The notes beneath the pieces were generated by a model, which saw only the letters and a list, made by a program, of their open reading frames with translations, ran no database searches and had not been told where the DNA came from. A stretch of 64,000 nt of DNA from Oceanispirochaeta sp. Lineage in GTDB: Bacteria; Spirochaetota; Spirochaetia; DSM-2461. Both the position numbers and the translations under genes were made by a program. The stretch lies in assembly GCA_963666275.2 (NCBI GenBank), contig CAXXOA010000001.1, forward strand, positions 768,001-832,000. Reading direction: 5' to 3'. How positions within the stretch are numbered: the first letter of the stretch is position 1; each line of letters begins with the position of its first letter. Below are positions 27,781 to 38,620 of this stretch, in pieces.

Positions 27781-29913
27781 ATGATGGAACAGAAAACAAT
27801 CCTGCTGGTGGAAGATGACAATCTGATAGCTCTGAGAGAACAAAGGGTTCTGGAACAGAACGGATATCGGGTTATCCATGTCCCGGATGGGGATACCGCC
27901 GTAAAGGAGGGAGCAGGTAATGTTTCTGTAGACCTTATTCTTATGGATATCAATCTCGGAACAGGAAAGATGGATGGAACCGAAGCGGCACAGATGATCC
28001 TGGCTTCCCGGGAAATCCCCATCCTGTTCCTTTCGTCCCATTCAGAAAAAGAGGTCGTTGAAAAAACCCAGGAGATCTCCTCGTATGGTTATATCACTAA
28101 AAACTCTGGAAACACTGTTCTTCTGGCATCCATACAGATGGCCTTCCGCCTCTTTCAGGCCCATCAGGATCTGAAGAGGAACAATACGTTTATACAGTCC
28201 CTGCTTGAAACATCTCCCGACGGTGTCTGGATTGTTTCGGAGGATGGATTGATTATCGACACAAATGAGACCTACTGCAGGATGTCGGGATACACCAGAG
28301 ATGAGCTTATGGGTAAAGATATTTCCGAACTGGATCTGCAGGATTCCTCCTCTGATGTCAGAAACAGGATTCAGGACATAAAGAAAAGAGAACTGGAAAG
28401 GTTTAAATCTCTCCATCTTCGAAAAGACGGCTCCATTCTCCCTGTGGACGTCTCCAGCCAGTTCATTACAAATAATGATGAGAGTTCCTGCATTGTATTC
28501 TGCCGGGATCTCTCCCTGCAGGAGGATCTTACAAGGCGGCTGCAGCAGAGCCGGGACCGGTTTGAACTGGTTCTGAAATCCATTCAGGATACGGTATTCT
28601 CTCTGGACAGGGAAAGGCGGTTTACAGAACTGTACAGTCCCTTCAGCAGAGAGCTGGGCCTGGATGAGCAGGATGTGATTGGAAAGACCTTTGAGGAAGT
28701 GAGCGCTGATCAGCATCTGGCTCAGATCCATAAAAGGCAGTTTGAAAAGGTGATGCAGGGAGATCCCTGTCTCTATCACTGGCAGTTCGGATTCAGGGGC
28801 AGAAAATTCTACAGACAGACCTCTCTGTCTCCCATAAAAGATGAGGTCGGCAACATTATCGGAGCCGCCGGAGTTGATCGGGATCTGACAGACCTCATTG
28901 TGGCCGAGAAAGAGCTGAAAAATCAGAAAGAGCTTCAGAGAACCCTTTTTCAGGAAGTTCCCGGAGCGATCTATCAGTATCAGTTGTTTCCCGACGGGAG
29001 ATCCTGCTTTCCTTTTGCTTCGGAAAATATTGAGAATGTGTATGAGGTGGTCCCCGAGCAGGTCAGAAAAGATGCTTCCCCGGTTTTCAGCCGGATCCAC
29101 CCGGACGATCTGGACCGGGTCAACGCCTCCATAGAAGAGTCACGGAGTAAACTGACAATCTGGACCAGCGACTACAGAGTCAACCTTCCCCTGAGGGGAC
29201 TCCGTTGGGTCAGAGGACGGGCCACTCCTCAGAGGCTGCCCGACCAGAGCACTCTCTGGCATGGCTACATCATGGATATTACAGATCTGAAAGAGGTGGA
29301 AAGGACTATTCAGAGAGGCCTGGAAGAGAAGAAAACGCTTCTCAAAGAGATGCAGCACCGGGTTATGAATACATTCACAATCATCAACAGTATGATTTCC
29401 CTTCTGATGAGCACCGAATCCTCCGCTGATGCGGTTAATGCACTGGGCAGAATTGAAGAGAAAATCCGGTCCATTGCGGCTATTTATGATCTCCTTTATG
29501 ACAGCGGCAATGTGCAGACCCTGTTTCTGGACGAATACCTTCTGGATGTGGCCCGGATGTACCATACCGATTTCGGTAACATCCAGCTGATTCCGACTCT
29601 GGACAGGATTGAAGTCAGTGTCAAACTGGCGATCCCTGTGGGGATTATTGTCAATGAGATCCTCACCAACGCCTATAAATATGCCTTTCCTGATTCCAGG
29701 GCGGGGGTCATCAGGATCAGCATGAAACAGAGCAAGGATTCCGCTCTGATCTGTATTGAAGATAACGGTGTGGGGGTCCGGAATCCTGATCATCCCGGGG
29801 AGTCATCTTTCGGTCATATCATGATGAAAGCCATGCTGGAACAGATCTCCGGTGATATGTCGATTGAAAACAGAGACGGCACTGCCGTAGAGATCCGTTT
29901 TCCCCTCTTTTGA
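27781..29913 (+). CDS. Hybrid REC-PAS-PAS-PAS histidine kinase (HisKA_2-like)
   Basis: LLVEDD, ILMDI, EMQHRVMN, NEILTNAYKYAF, DNGVG. Confidence 0.9.
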   Translation: MMEQKTILLVEDDNLIALREQRVLEQNGYRVIHVPDGDTAVKEGAGNVSVDLILMDINLGTGKMDGTEAAQMILASREIPILFLSSHSEKEVVEKTQEISSYGYITKNSGNTVLLASIQMAFRLFQAHQDLKRNNTFIQSLLETSPDGVWIVSEDGLIIDTNETYCRMSGYTRDELMGKDISELDLQDSSSDVRNRIQDIKKRELERFKSLHLRKDGSILPVDVSSQFITNNDESSCIVFCRDLSLQEDLTRRLQQSRDRFELVLKSIQDTVFSLDRERRFTELYSPFSRELGLDEQDVIGKTFEEVSADQHLAQIHKRQFEKVMQGDPCLYHWQFGFRGRKFYRQTSLSPIKDEVGNIIGAAGVDRDLTDLIVAEKELKNQKELQRTLFQEVPGAIYQYQLFPDGRSCFPFASENIENVYEVVPEQVRKDASPVFSRIHPDDLDRVNASIEESRSKLTIWTSDYRVNLPLRGLRWVRGRATPQRLPDQSTLWHGYIMDITDLKEVERTIQRGLEEKKTLLKEMQHRVMNTFTIINSMISLLMSTESSADAVNALGRIEEKIRSIAAIYDLLYDSGNVQTLFLDEYLLDVARMYHTDFGNIQLIPTLDRIEVSVKLAIPVGIIVNEILTNAYKYAFPDSRAGVIRISMKQSKDSALICIEDNGVGVRNPDHPGESSFGHIMMKAMLEQISGDMSIENRDGTAVEIRFPLF

Positions 29914-30153
29914 AACGGATCCTGTATTCTTTTATCGATCCGATCATATCCGGGTGTTTTTATTTGCATTTGAATGAAATATCCCTGAGAATTTCAGTCA
30001 GGAACCGATGGTCAGCAGAGGCAGTCGGGGTTTTTACTCCTTTTAACCGGTATAACGGCTGCCTCTTTATTCCGGTGCGTTCTACCGGGGAGTTTAAGAG
30101 ACTTTCCGTCAGGTATGACATAGCGGGGTGCTTCTTCTTTCAGAGGAGATTTT

Positions 30154-30221
30154 TGTAGGACTGATCCTACAGAAAATGACGTTATGATCCTACTTACAGC
30201 TCCTATAGGCCGGGTGACAAT
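30154..30221 (+). promoter_or_regulatory. Activator box and promoter of cit operon
   Basis: TGTAGGA-ctga-TCCTACA (30154-30171), extra TCCTAC at 30188, -10 gacaat at 30216. Confidence 0.7.
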
Positions 30222-30227
30222 GCCCCT

Positions 30228-31268
30228 ATGTCTGCAGAATTATATGAAGTAAGAACATTGAATCTGGATCGTTCTTCTGATCTGGAAAAACTGGAGGCCT
30301 TTCTGAACCGGGAGGGTCTGTCTCTGGAATCCGATCTGGATTATGCCCTCTGTCTCATGGATGGAGAAACGATCGTGGCTTCCGGCTGTGCCTCGGGGAA
30401 TGTCCTGAAGTGCATTGCCGTAGACGGGAGTTATCAGGGCCAGTCTCTGACAAACAAGGTTATCACCTATCTTCGTCTCAGAGCCTATCATAAGGGATTT
30501 TCCTCGCTTTTTCTGTTTACCAAGCCGGGAAATACAGGGATCTTCGAGGATCTTGGATTTTTCTCTGTGGCCGAATCTCCCGATGCGGTCCTTATGGAAA
30601 ACAGACCGGACGGAGTTGAACATTATATATCCTCTCTGGAAAAACCGGAGGATAATGCGCCCTCAGCGGCCCTGGTGATGAACTGTAATCCCTTTACCCT
30701 GGGCCACAGGTATCTTATTGAAAAGGCCTGCCGGGAAAATGCGGTGGTCCACCTGTTTGCAGTGAGCGAAGATCTTTCCGTTTTTCCCTTCGAAGACAGA
30801 ATCCGGATGATCCGGCAGGGGACGGAGGATCTTAAAAATCTCTACATACATGAAGGCCGGGAATATATCATTTCCCGCGCCACCTTTCCCACCTATTTTA
30901 TCAAAGAGAAGAAAATCCTTGATGAATCCCATGCCCGGCTGGATCTGGACCTGTTCGGAAAGAAAATCGGTCCGGCATTGAACATCCGTAAACGCTATGT
31001 GGGAGAAGAACCTTTCTGTCCGGTCACATCCCTTTACAACTCGCTGATGCAGGAAATTCTTCCTCCTCTGGGGATGGAGGTGGAAGTCATTCCCCGTATG
31101 ACGGGAAAGGGCGGAGCGGTCAGTGCAACTAAAGTGCGGAAAGCCATGGCGGATGGAGCTCTGGAGGACCTGAAAGAGTGGGTTCCTCCTTCAACATATG
31201 ACTTCCTTGTCTCAGAGGAAGGGCGGAACATTGCAGAAAAAATCAGGCAGTATGCAGATGCATCGTAG
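30228..31268 (+). CDS. citC: [Citrate (pro-3S)-lyase] ligase
   Basis: LKCIAV, LFTKP, VMNCNPFTLGH, ISRATFPTYF, RYVGEEP. Confidence 0.95.
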   Translation: MSAELYEVRTLNLDRSSDLEKLEAFLNREGLSLESDLDYALCLMDGETIVASGCASGNVLKCIAVDGSYQGQSLTNKVITYLRLRAYHKGFSSLFLFTKPGNTGIFEDLGFFSVAESPDAVLMENRPDGVEHYISSLEKPEDNAPSAALVMNCNPFTLGHRYLIEKACRENAVVHLFAVSEDLSVFPFEDRIRMIRQGTEDLKNLYIHEGREYIISRATFPTYFIKEKKILDESHARLDLDLFGKKIGPALNIRKRYVGEEPFCPVTSLYNSLMQEILPPLGMEVEVIPRMTGKGGAVSATKVRKAMADGALEDLKEWVPPSTYDFLVSEEGRNIAEKIRQYADAS

Positions 31269-31291
31269 TGTATCAAGGAGTTGAAAGAAAC

Positions 31292-31588
31292 ATGAAGATT
31301 GTAAAGACAGGATTAGCGGGTTCTCTGGAATCCAGTGATGTTCTGATTACCGTAGACAGCAACCATGGAAAGGGTCGGGAAATCAGTCTGACCAGTATTG
31401 TAAAACGCCAGTATGGAAAGCAGATCCAGAAGGTGGTGGAAGATACTCTGGATAAACTGGACGTGGGTGATGTGAAAGTCCGTCTTGAAGATAAAGGGGC
31501 CCTGGACTGTACCATAAGAGCCCGTCTGGAAGCGGCTGTCTACAGGGCTTCCGGAAGCAACACCTACCCCTGGGAGAAGCTTGTATGA
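31292..31588 (+). CDS. citD: Citrate lyase acyl carrier protein (gamma)
   Basis: AGSLESSD, DKGALDCTIRAR. Confidence 0.95.
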   Translation: MKIVKTGLAGSLESSDVLITVDSNHGKGREISLTSIVKRQYGKQIQKVVEDTLDKLDVGDVKVRLEDKGALDCTIRARLEAAVYRASGSNTYPWEKLV

Positions 31589-32487
31589 AACTGAGAAGAA
31601 CCATGCTCTATGTTCCAGGCAACAATGCGGGAATGATGAAAGATGCCCATATCTACCGTTCCGATTCGGTTATGTTTGATCTGGAAGATTCTGTTTCGCT
31701 CAATGAGAAAGATACAGCCCGATTTCTTGTATTCAATGCCCTGAGCACTCTGAATTACGAAGGGATCGAAACTGTCGTCAGAATCAACGGCCTTGAGACT
31801 CCCTACGGAGAAGAAGATATTAAAGCCATGGTCAGAGCCCGTCCGGATGTGATCCGGCTACCCAAGACCGAAACCGCTCAGGATGTTCTGGATGTGGAAG
31901 CCCTGATCGCAAGAGAGGAGGAAGCTTCGGGACTGGAAGTGGGAACCATCAGAATGATGGCCGCCATCGAAGGGCCCCTGGGAGTTCTCAATGCCTACGA
32001 GATTGCCACCTCTTCTCCCCGCCTGATCGGGATCGCCCTGGGGGCGGAGGATTTTGTCACAAGCATGAAAACGAACCGGTCCCCCGGAGGAGTTGAGCTT
32101 CTTTTTGCCAGATCCCAGATACTCACGGCAGCCAGAGCCGCAGGGATCTATGCTCTGGATACTGTCTATTCGGACGTCAATAACGAAGAGGGATTCCTTG
32201 AGGAAGTTAAACTGATCAAACAGCTGGGATTTGACGGCAAATCTGTTATTTCTCCCCGGCAGATCCAGCCTCTTCACAATGTTTTCTGTCCTTCCGACAA
32301 GGAAATCGATCACGCCATCCGGGTCATTCAGGCCATCAAGGAAGCGGAAAAAAAGAATTCCGGAGTTATCTCCCTGAACGGAAAAATGGTGGATAAACCG
32401 ATTGTAGACAGGGCCAGAAGGGTTCTGGAAATGGCGAAGGCCACAGGTATCCGCATAAACGAACTGGAGGAGTACTGCAATGAGTAA
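31585..32487 (+). CDS. citE: Citrate lyase beta subunit
   Basis: RRTMLYVPG, FDLEDSV, LGAEDF, GFDGKS. Confidence 0.95.
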   Translation: MKLRRTMLYVPGNNAGMMKDAHIYRSDSVMFDLEDSVSLNEKDTARFLVFNALSTLNYEGIETVVRINGLETPYGEEDIKAMVRARPDVIRLPKTETAQDVLDVEALIAREEEASGLEVGTIRMMAAIEGPLGVLNAYEIATSSPRLIGIALGAEDFVTSMKTNRSPGGVELLFARSQILTAARAAGIYALDTVYSDVNNEEGFLEEVKLIKQLGFDGKSVISPRQIQPLHNVFCPSDKEIDHAIRVIQAIKEAEKKNSGVISLNGKMVDKPIVDRARRVLEMAKATGIRINELEEYCNE

Positions 32488-34030
32488 GTTCATTACAAAT
32501 GCGATTGGAAGAGAAGTCCCTTCCAAACTGAATGATAGAGAGCTCAGTCCTTTTGAAGGGGCTGTAAAACGGACCCCCCTTGTCCGTCAGGATAAGGGAA
32601 ACAGAAATCTGCCCCGTCTGAACAAACTGGTGGATACCATTGAGCAGGCTGTATTGAAGACAGAGCTCAGGGACGGGATGACCATCTCTTTCCACCATCA
32701 TTTCCGGGGGGGGGATTTTATCATCAATATGGTCATGGATGTGATCTCCAATCTGGGAATCAAAAATCTGACTATAGCCTCCAGCTCTCTGACCACGGTT
32801 CATGACGAGCTGATCAGGCATATTGAAAAGGGAACTGTTTCCCAGCTCATTACCAGCGGACTGCGGGGAAAGCTGGCCGAGTTCATCTCGGCGGGAAATA
32901 TGAAGAATCCCGTCCTCTTTCACAGCCATGGAGGCCGGGCCCGGGCAATCGAAATCGGTGAAATCAAGATCGATGTGGCCTTTTTAGGGGTCCCCTCCTG
33001 CGATGTCTACGGAAATGCCAACGGATACTCCGGGCCCTCGGCCTGCGGTTCCCTGGGATACGCCATGGTGGATGCCAAACATGCCAGAAAGGTTGTGCTC
33101 ATAACCGATTACCTGACCGAATATCCCAACACTCCCTTCAGTATCGACCAGGACCTTGTGGATTATATTGTCAAAGTGGATGCTGTGGGTGATCCCAATA
33201 AGATCAGTACAGGTGCCACCAGAATTACAAAGGATCCCCGGGATCTTCTGATCGCCCAGAATGCGGCGGATTTCATTGCGGCCAGTCCCTATTTTGAAGA
33301 CGGTTTCTCTCTTCAGACAGGATCGGGGGGCGCCTCTCTGGCGACAACCCGTTTTCTGACGGAATACATGGAGAAGAGAGGTATCACGAGCAGCTGGGCT
33401 CTAGGCGGAATTACAAGTCAGATGGTGAAGATGCACGAAGCGGGGCTCATCAAAAAACTTCTGGATGTCCAGAGTTTTGATCAGGATGCCATCCGTTCTA
33501 TCGGTGAAAATCGTCTCCATACTGAAATTGATGCGTCCTACTATGCCAACCCCCTGAACAAGGGCTGTGCTGTCAATAAACTGAATGTGGTTATCCTCAG
33601 CGCCCTGGAAATCGATCTGGATTTCAATGTAAATGTTCTCACCGGTTCGGACGGAGTCATCATGGGGGCTTCGGGAGGCCATTCGGATACCGCCGTCGGG
33701 TCGGGTCTGTCCGTTGTGGTGGCTCCCCTTATCCGGGGAAGGACTTCCACGGTGACCGATAAGGTCCTGACGGTGGTGACTCCCGGGGAGAGCGTGGATG
33801 TTTTCGTTTCTGACCGGGGAATCGCCATCAACCCCCGCCGAAAGGATCTTATGGACTACTTCAGTTCCGTAAGGCTGCCTTTCTACACCATGCAGGATCT
33901 TCTGAACAAGGCGGAACGCCTGGTCGGCCATCCTGATCCCATCGAGTTTACAGACAGGATCGTCGGGCTTGTGGAGTACCGGGACGGAACCATTATCGAT
34001 GCGGTCCGCCAGGTGAAGGCTCTGGACTGA
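32480..34030 (+). CDS. citF: Citrate lyase alpha subunit
   Basis: TISFHHHFRGGD, HSHGGR, QTGSGG, GASGGHSDT. Confidence 0.96.
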   Translation: MSKFITNAIGREVPSKLNDRELSPFEGAVKRTPLVRQDKGNRNLPRLNKLVDTIEQAVLKTELRDGMTISFHHHFRGGDFIINMVMDVISNLGIKNLTIASSSLTTVHDELIRHIEKGTVSQLITSGLRGKLAEFISAGNMKNPVLFHSHGGRARAIEIGEIKIDVAFLGVPSCDVYGNANGYSGPSACGSLGYAMVDAKHARKVVLITDYLTEYPNTPFSIDQDLVDYIVKVDAVGDPNKISTGATRITKDPRDLLIAQNAADFIAASPYFEDGFSLQTGSGGASLATTRFLTEYMEKRGITSSWALGGITSQMVKMHEAGLIKKLLDVQSFDQDAIRSIGENRLHTEIDASYYANPLNKGCAVNKLNVVILSALEIDLDFNVNVLTGSDGVIMGASGGHSDTAVGSGLSVVVAPLIRGRTSTVTDKVLTVVTPGESVDVFVSDRGIAINPRRKDLMDYFSSVRLPFYTMQDLLNKAERLVGHPDPIEFTDRIVGLVEYRDGTIIDAVRQVKALD

Positions 34031-34887
34031 TGACTGTCCTCCAGACCGGTAGGTCCCTCTCTCTTCTCATATCTCTTGCCGCGGCAGGAGCTATGAAGGA
34101 GGAGGTTCTTCTCAGCCCCAAACCGGGGCTTGTAGACAGATTTGACAACGGCCCCCACCGGGATATGGATCTGGCCCTGTTTCTGCGCAGCGCCGAGGCA
34201 GTGGCTCCCTTTCTGGCGGAAATCTCTTTTGCGACTCCTTTAGAGGAGGCCTCTCAGGTTCTTCCTCTTATCCGGCCTGTGGGGAGGAAAGCGGAAGAGG
34301 CCATGCTGGGAGCTACCGGGGGAGTGAATACCCATAAAGGTCAGATTTTCAGCCTGGGAGTCTGTACGGCTGCGGCAGTGAGAACCGGGGTATCTCCTTT
34401 TGATGCTTATGCCATTCTGGAGGAAGCGGGGGATATCTGCCAGGGATTGAGCCGGGAGCTGGAAGGTTCGGGCAGTCCGTCGAGCAACGGGGAGGGGGTT
34501 TACCGCTCCACCGGGAGCAAAGGCGCCAGGGGAGAGGCCGAAGCGGGATTCCCCTCTGTCCGGAACTGCTCCTATCCGGCCTACAGACAGGCCAGGCAGA
34601 AAGGACTGGGCCATGAGGAAGCCGCTCTGCAGGCTCTTATGCATCTGATGCTCCGGGTAGAGGACAGCAATGTCCTTCACCGGCGGGGGCTGGAAGGTCT
34701 GGGGATTTTAAGGCGGGAAGCGGCCGTTTTTCTGAACAGCGGAGGGATGTTCCATCCTGAGGCCTTTGAACTTCTGGATCGGATGAACCGCCTTTTTATC
34801 CGGGAAAATATCTCACCCGGGGGCTGTGCGGATCTGCTGGCTCTGACTCTTTTCCTAATCAAACTGGAGGATCAGCGGGATGGATAG
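34030..34887 (+). CDS. citG: Triphosphoribosyl-dephospho-CoA synthase
   Basis: PKPGLVD, GVNTHKG, GARGEA, SPGGCADLL. Confidence 0.93.
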   Translation: MTVLQTGRSLSLLISLAAAGAMKEEVLLSPKPGLVDRFDNGPHRDMDLALFLRSAEAVAPFLAEISFATPLEEASQVLPLIRPVGRKAEEAMLGATGGVNTHKGQIFSLGVCTAAAVRTGVSPFDAYAILEEAGDICQGLSRELEGSGSPSSNGEGVYRSTGSKGARGEAEAGFPSVRNCSYPAYRQARQKGLGHEEAALQALMHLMLRVEDSNVLHRRGLEGLGILRREAAVFLNSGGMFHPEAFELLDRMNRLFIRENISPGGCADLLALTLFLIKLEDQRDG

Positions 34888-35413
34888 GGCAGTGACCCTC
34901 CAGCAGATGCTGGACACCAGAGAAAAACGTTCCTTTCTCAGACGCAGATATTTTAACTCCGATCGGGAGGGCCTTTTTCTGCAGTTTACCCTGAATATCC
35001 CGGGAGAGCGTAAAAACAGCGATCTGATCAGACGGGTTTTCCGTGAGGGGCTGAAGGAACTGGAATCCCGGTTCCCCACCATCAGGTTTCTGAAGGAAAG
35101 CGATGAGGATAAAAATACGGGGCCCGAAGGTTTCGCTATCCTGAGGGGGAGGCCTCTGGAAATTAAAAAGATCCTCTGCGAGTCCGAAGAAAACCATCCC
35201 CTGGGGCGTTTATGGGACTTCGACCTCTTTGTCTCTCCCGACAGATCTGTCAGCCGGGAGGAAACAGGCTTTGAGGGACGTCTCTGCCTGATCTGCGATC
35301 ATCCGGCTCATCAGTGTTCCCGGTCCCGTTCCCACAGTGTGGAGGATATTCACAGGAAAATTCAGGAAATGTGCCGGAAACATTTTGCCCAAACCTCATC
35401 TCATACGGTATGA
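34880..35413 (+). CDS. citX: Apo-citrate lyase phosphoribosyl-dephospho-CoA transferase
   Basis: MLDTREKR, NIPG, HPLGRLWDFD, CLICDHPAHQCSRSRSH. Confidence 0.9.
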   Translation: MDRAVTLQQMLDTREKRSFLRRRYFNSDREGLFLQFTLNIPGERKNSDLIRRVFREGLKELESRFPTIRFLKESDEDKNTGPEGFAILRGRPLEIKKILCESEENHPLGRLWDFDLFVSPDRSVSREETGFEGRLCLICDHPAHQCSRSRSHSVEDIHRKIQEMCRKHFAQTSSHTV

Positions 35414-35422
35414 TTCAGCAGC

Positions 35423-38400
35423 ATGAGGCATCCCTTTTTCCTATCTTTTATACTCCTCTTTCTGCAGATTTCCCTTTTTGCTGAAGATTTTCTATTTTCT
35501 CCTCTGACAATCGAGGACGGTTTGTCCAACAATTCTGTCTATTGTGTTCTTCAGGATTCTCAGGGATACATGTGGTTCGGTACTTTCAGCGGCCTGAACA
35601 GGTACGACGGGAGGACCTCCACCACTTTCCGCCCCCAGATCGGGGATCCCGACAGCATCAGCGGATCTGTTATCTTCTCCCTGCTGGAGGATTCCCGTGA
35701 GAATCTCTGGGTGGGAACCGACGGGGGAGGGCTGAACCTTTTCAACAGGGAAACCCTGAGCTTCATCCATTTCCGGAATGATCCGGAAGATCCTGTGAGT
35801 CTGTCGAGCAATCAGGTATTCGCTCTGGCGGAAGATAACCAGGGGAAGCTCTGGATCGGAACCGCCGGGGGAGGACTCTGCCTCTACAGGGGGAACGGAC
35901 GGTTTTTTATCCTGAAAGAGGATAATTCGGCTCTGGTCCATAACAGAATCCGGACCCTCTACTGTGACAGCCGGGGCATCCTCTGGATCGGGACGGAAAA
36001 GGGACTTTCCCTGTATGACACAGGTTCGGGGCATTTCCTGGAAAGCACGGACAACCCCTCTCTGGATAAACTGAAGGGGCTTTTCATCAGGAGCATTGTA
36101 GAAGGACCGGAGGGGCATATCTGGATCGGTACAGAACAGGGACTTTTCCGGTATAATCCCGATGGCGGGAATATCAATCCCTTTTATCTTCCCGAAGAAG
36201 CCTCTGTCAGGTCCGTGGGCTTTGACCGCAGCAGACTCTGGGTGGGAACGGAGCGGTCGGGTATTTTTGTCTATGACCTGATCCGGGAACACTGGACCCT
36301 TATCCGGGCGGGCAGGGACGAAGGAAACCTTTCCTACGGAAAAATCCGCAGCATATACAGAGATCACCAGGGGCTCCTGTGGGTAGGGACAAGAGGGGGC
36401 GGTGTGAATCTGTACAACCCCGATACCTCCCTGATCAGGACCTATGGGGAAGTTCCCGACAGCCGGCAGATGATTGAGCGAAGTGACGGTTCCATCTTGA
36501 TCGCCACAGACGGATACGGCCTCAGGATCCTGAACAGAAAAACCGGTGAAATCCGCCATGTGGATGTGGATCCCCTGGATCCCAAAGCCGATGATGATCA
36601 GGTGTATGCCCTGATGGAAGACCACGAACAGAACCTCTGGATAGGGACTGACGGCAGCGGTCTTTATTTTCTGGCCGCCGGGGATTCTCCCGACAGGATC
36701 AGGGAGTTTCCCCTGCAGGCTCATGAGGATGATCCCTCTTTCAAAGGGACGGTCTGGGCAATTCTGGAGGATTCGGATCAGACTGTCTGGGTCGGAACCG
36801 AGGGCGACGGACTCTATGCTCTGAAAGAGGGGGCTGTTTTCCGGTATACCCACGAGCCGGATGATCCCTCCAGCCTGAACGGGAATGCAGTGCGCTCTCT
36901 GCTTGAGGACTCTCATGGACAGCTCTGGATCGGTACCTGGGACGGGGGACTCAACCGTTTTGTAGAGGAGGATCAAACCTTTATCCGCTATGTCCGCTCC
37001 GCAAGCAGGCCGGGGAGTCTCAGCGACAACAGCGTCAATGTCATATTCGAAGACTCCTATAACAGGCTCTGGGTCGGCACTGCCGGGGGAGGAGTCAATG
37101 TCTTCCAGCCCCGGGAAAAGCGTTTCAGAAATATCTCCACAAGAGACGGGCTGTCGGGGGATAATATTTACGGCATCCTGGAAGATCAGGAAAGGAATCT
37201 CTGGTTGTCTTCAGACAAGGGGCTTTCCATGGTCACTCCCATAGTGGAGGATATTCTGAATTTCAGCAAAGCCGACGGTCTGAAGGGGAATGAGTTCTCC
37301 CAGAATGCCTATCTGGAAACACAGGACGGGGCTTTCTTTTTCGGCGGCCCCAGAGGAATAAGTTCCTTTCAGCCCTTTGACCTTCTGCACAGTCACCGCT
37401 CTGAAACGTATCAGCCCCGGGTGGTCATCACAGGCCTGAGTGTGCATAACATACCCGTGGCCATTGGACAGAGTCTGGGTGGACGGGTTATTCTGGACAA
37501 AGATATCTCCCTTAAAACAGCTATAGAGCTCCCTCATACCGCCAACAACATCAGTTTTCAGTTTGCCATCCTGTCCTATATCGATCCCTCGAAGCACCAC
37601 TATTCGGTGCAGCTGGAGGGACTGGAGCAGCAGCCCCGGTTTCTGGGGAATCACAACGAAGTCAGCTATACGGCAATCCCTCCGGGTGAGTACTCCCTGC
37701 GGGTTTTCGGAACGGATCATAACGGGCTGAATATCAGCCGGATGGAACCCCTCACTGTTCATGTGCTGGCTCCGTTCTGGATGAATCTCTGGTTTTATCT
37801 GCTGGCCCTCTCACTTCTGGTGGGGCTTGTGAGCTGGGGAATCTGGCTGCGTGTCCGTCTGCTAGAAAAGAATAACCAGCAGCTCAGAAGTTTCACCATG
37901 CACATGGAGAAGGCCCGGGAAGAGGAGAGGCGTTCTGCCGCCAGGGAATATCATGATGAACTGGGCCAGCAGCTCACGGCCATGAAATTTGATCTCTACT
38001 GGCTCAACAGCCATCCTGATTCAGAGGATTCTGTGAGAAAAGACAAAATTTCGTCCCTTCTGGAGTTGGTCAACGATTCCATTGAGTCCGTACGGAGTCT
38101 CTCAACCAATCTCAGGCCCAAAGCTCTGGACAACCTGTCTCTGCAGGAAGCCCTGGAATGGCAGAGCCGCCGGTTCAATAAAAGAACCGGAATTCCTCTC
38201 AAACTGGATATTCAGCTGGATAACTTCCGGCTCCATGATCCGGAGGGGGAGGTGAAGACGGCAGTATTCCGGATCTATCAGGAGATCCTGACCAATATCA
38301 TCCGCCATTCCGGAGCGGACCGGGTTCAGGTTCTGATCAAACAGGACCGGGAGGATTTCCGTCTGATTGTCAGAGACAACGGCTGCGGGATTGATAAAAC

Positions 38401-38542
38401 CCGGGCAAAAAAGGATAATTCCTTCGGACTTATAGGGATGAGGGAACGCTGTCTGCATCTGAACGGCAAATTCTTTATTGATAATCATCCCGAAGGCGGA
38501 ACTGTTGTCAGGATCATTCTGCCTCTGAAGGAATCAAAATGA
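35423..38542 (+). CDS. Membrane sensor kinase: about 14 beta-propeller (Reg_prop) repeats, Y_Y_Y domain, TM, HisKA_3, HATPase
   Basis: Signal peptide; repeated D-x-x-G-x-LWIGT; YTAIPPGEY; AREYHDELGQ, QEILTN..RHS, DNGCG, GLIGMRER. Confidence 0.9.
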   Translation: MRHPFFLSFILLFLQISLFAEDFLFSPLTIEDGLSNNSVYCVLQDSQGYMWFGTFSGLNRYDGRTSTTFRPQIGDPDSISGSVIFSLLEDSRENLWVGTDGGGLNLFNRETLSFIHFRNDPEDPVSLSSNQVFALAEDNQGKLWIGTAGGGLCLYRGNGRFFILKEDNSALVHNRIRTLYCDSRGILWIGTEKGLSLYDTGSGHFLESTDNPSLDKLKGLFIRSIVEGPEGHIWIGTEQGLFRYNPDGGNINPFYLPEEASVRSVGFDRSRLWVGTERSGIFVYDLIREHWTLIRAGRDEGNLSYGKIRSIYRDHQGLLWVGTRGGGVNLYNPDTSLIRTYGEVPDSRQMIERSDGSILIATDGYGLRILNRKTGEIRHVDVDPLDPKADDDQVYALMEDHEQNLWIGTDGSGLYFLAAGDSPDRIREFPLQAHEDDPSFKGTVWAILEDSDQTVWVGTEGDGLYALKEGAVFRYTHEPDDPSSLNGNAVRSLLEDSHGQLWIGTWDGGLNRFVEEDQTFIRYVRSASRPGSLSDNSVNVIFEDSYNRLWVGTAGGGVNVFQPREKRFRNISTRDGLSGDNIYGILEDQERNLWLSSDKGLSMVTPIVEDILNFSKADGLKGNEFSQNAYLETQDGAFFFGGPRGISSFQPFDLLHSHRSETYQPRVVITGLSVHNIPVAIGQSLGGRVILDKDISLKTAIELPHTANNISFQFAILSYIDPSKHHYSVQLEGLEQQPRFLGNHNEVSYTAIPPGEYSLRVFGTDHNGLNISRMEPLTVHVLAPFWMNLWFYLLALSLLVGLVSWGIWLRVRLLEKNNQQLRSFTMHMEKAREEERRSAAREYHDELGQQLTAMKFDLYWLNSHPDSEDSVRKDKISSLLELVNDSIESVRSLSTNLRPKALDNLSLQEALEWQSRRFNKRTGIPLKLDIQLDNFRLHDPEGEVKTAVFRIYQEILTNIIRHSGADRVQVLIKQDREDFRLIVRDNGCGIDKTRAKKDNSFGLIGMRERCLHLNGKFFIDNHPEGGTVVRIILPLKESK

Positions 38543-38620
38543 GAGAGGATACTCTCCTGATCATGCCGAATGGTATTATCAGTGTACGTAATGGAAACGA
38601 ACCGGAGCGGGAGGCCTGTA

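Noticed and set aside
29910..30158. 82-aa ORF before citC
   Set aside because: TTG start without RBS and no motifs; treated as intergenic.
35492..36976. 494-aa antisense ORF, and similar ones at 7289-8269, 28042-29100 and 42962-43981
   Set aside because: Shadow frames opposite well-supported genes, with no recognisable motifs.
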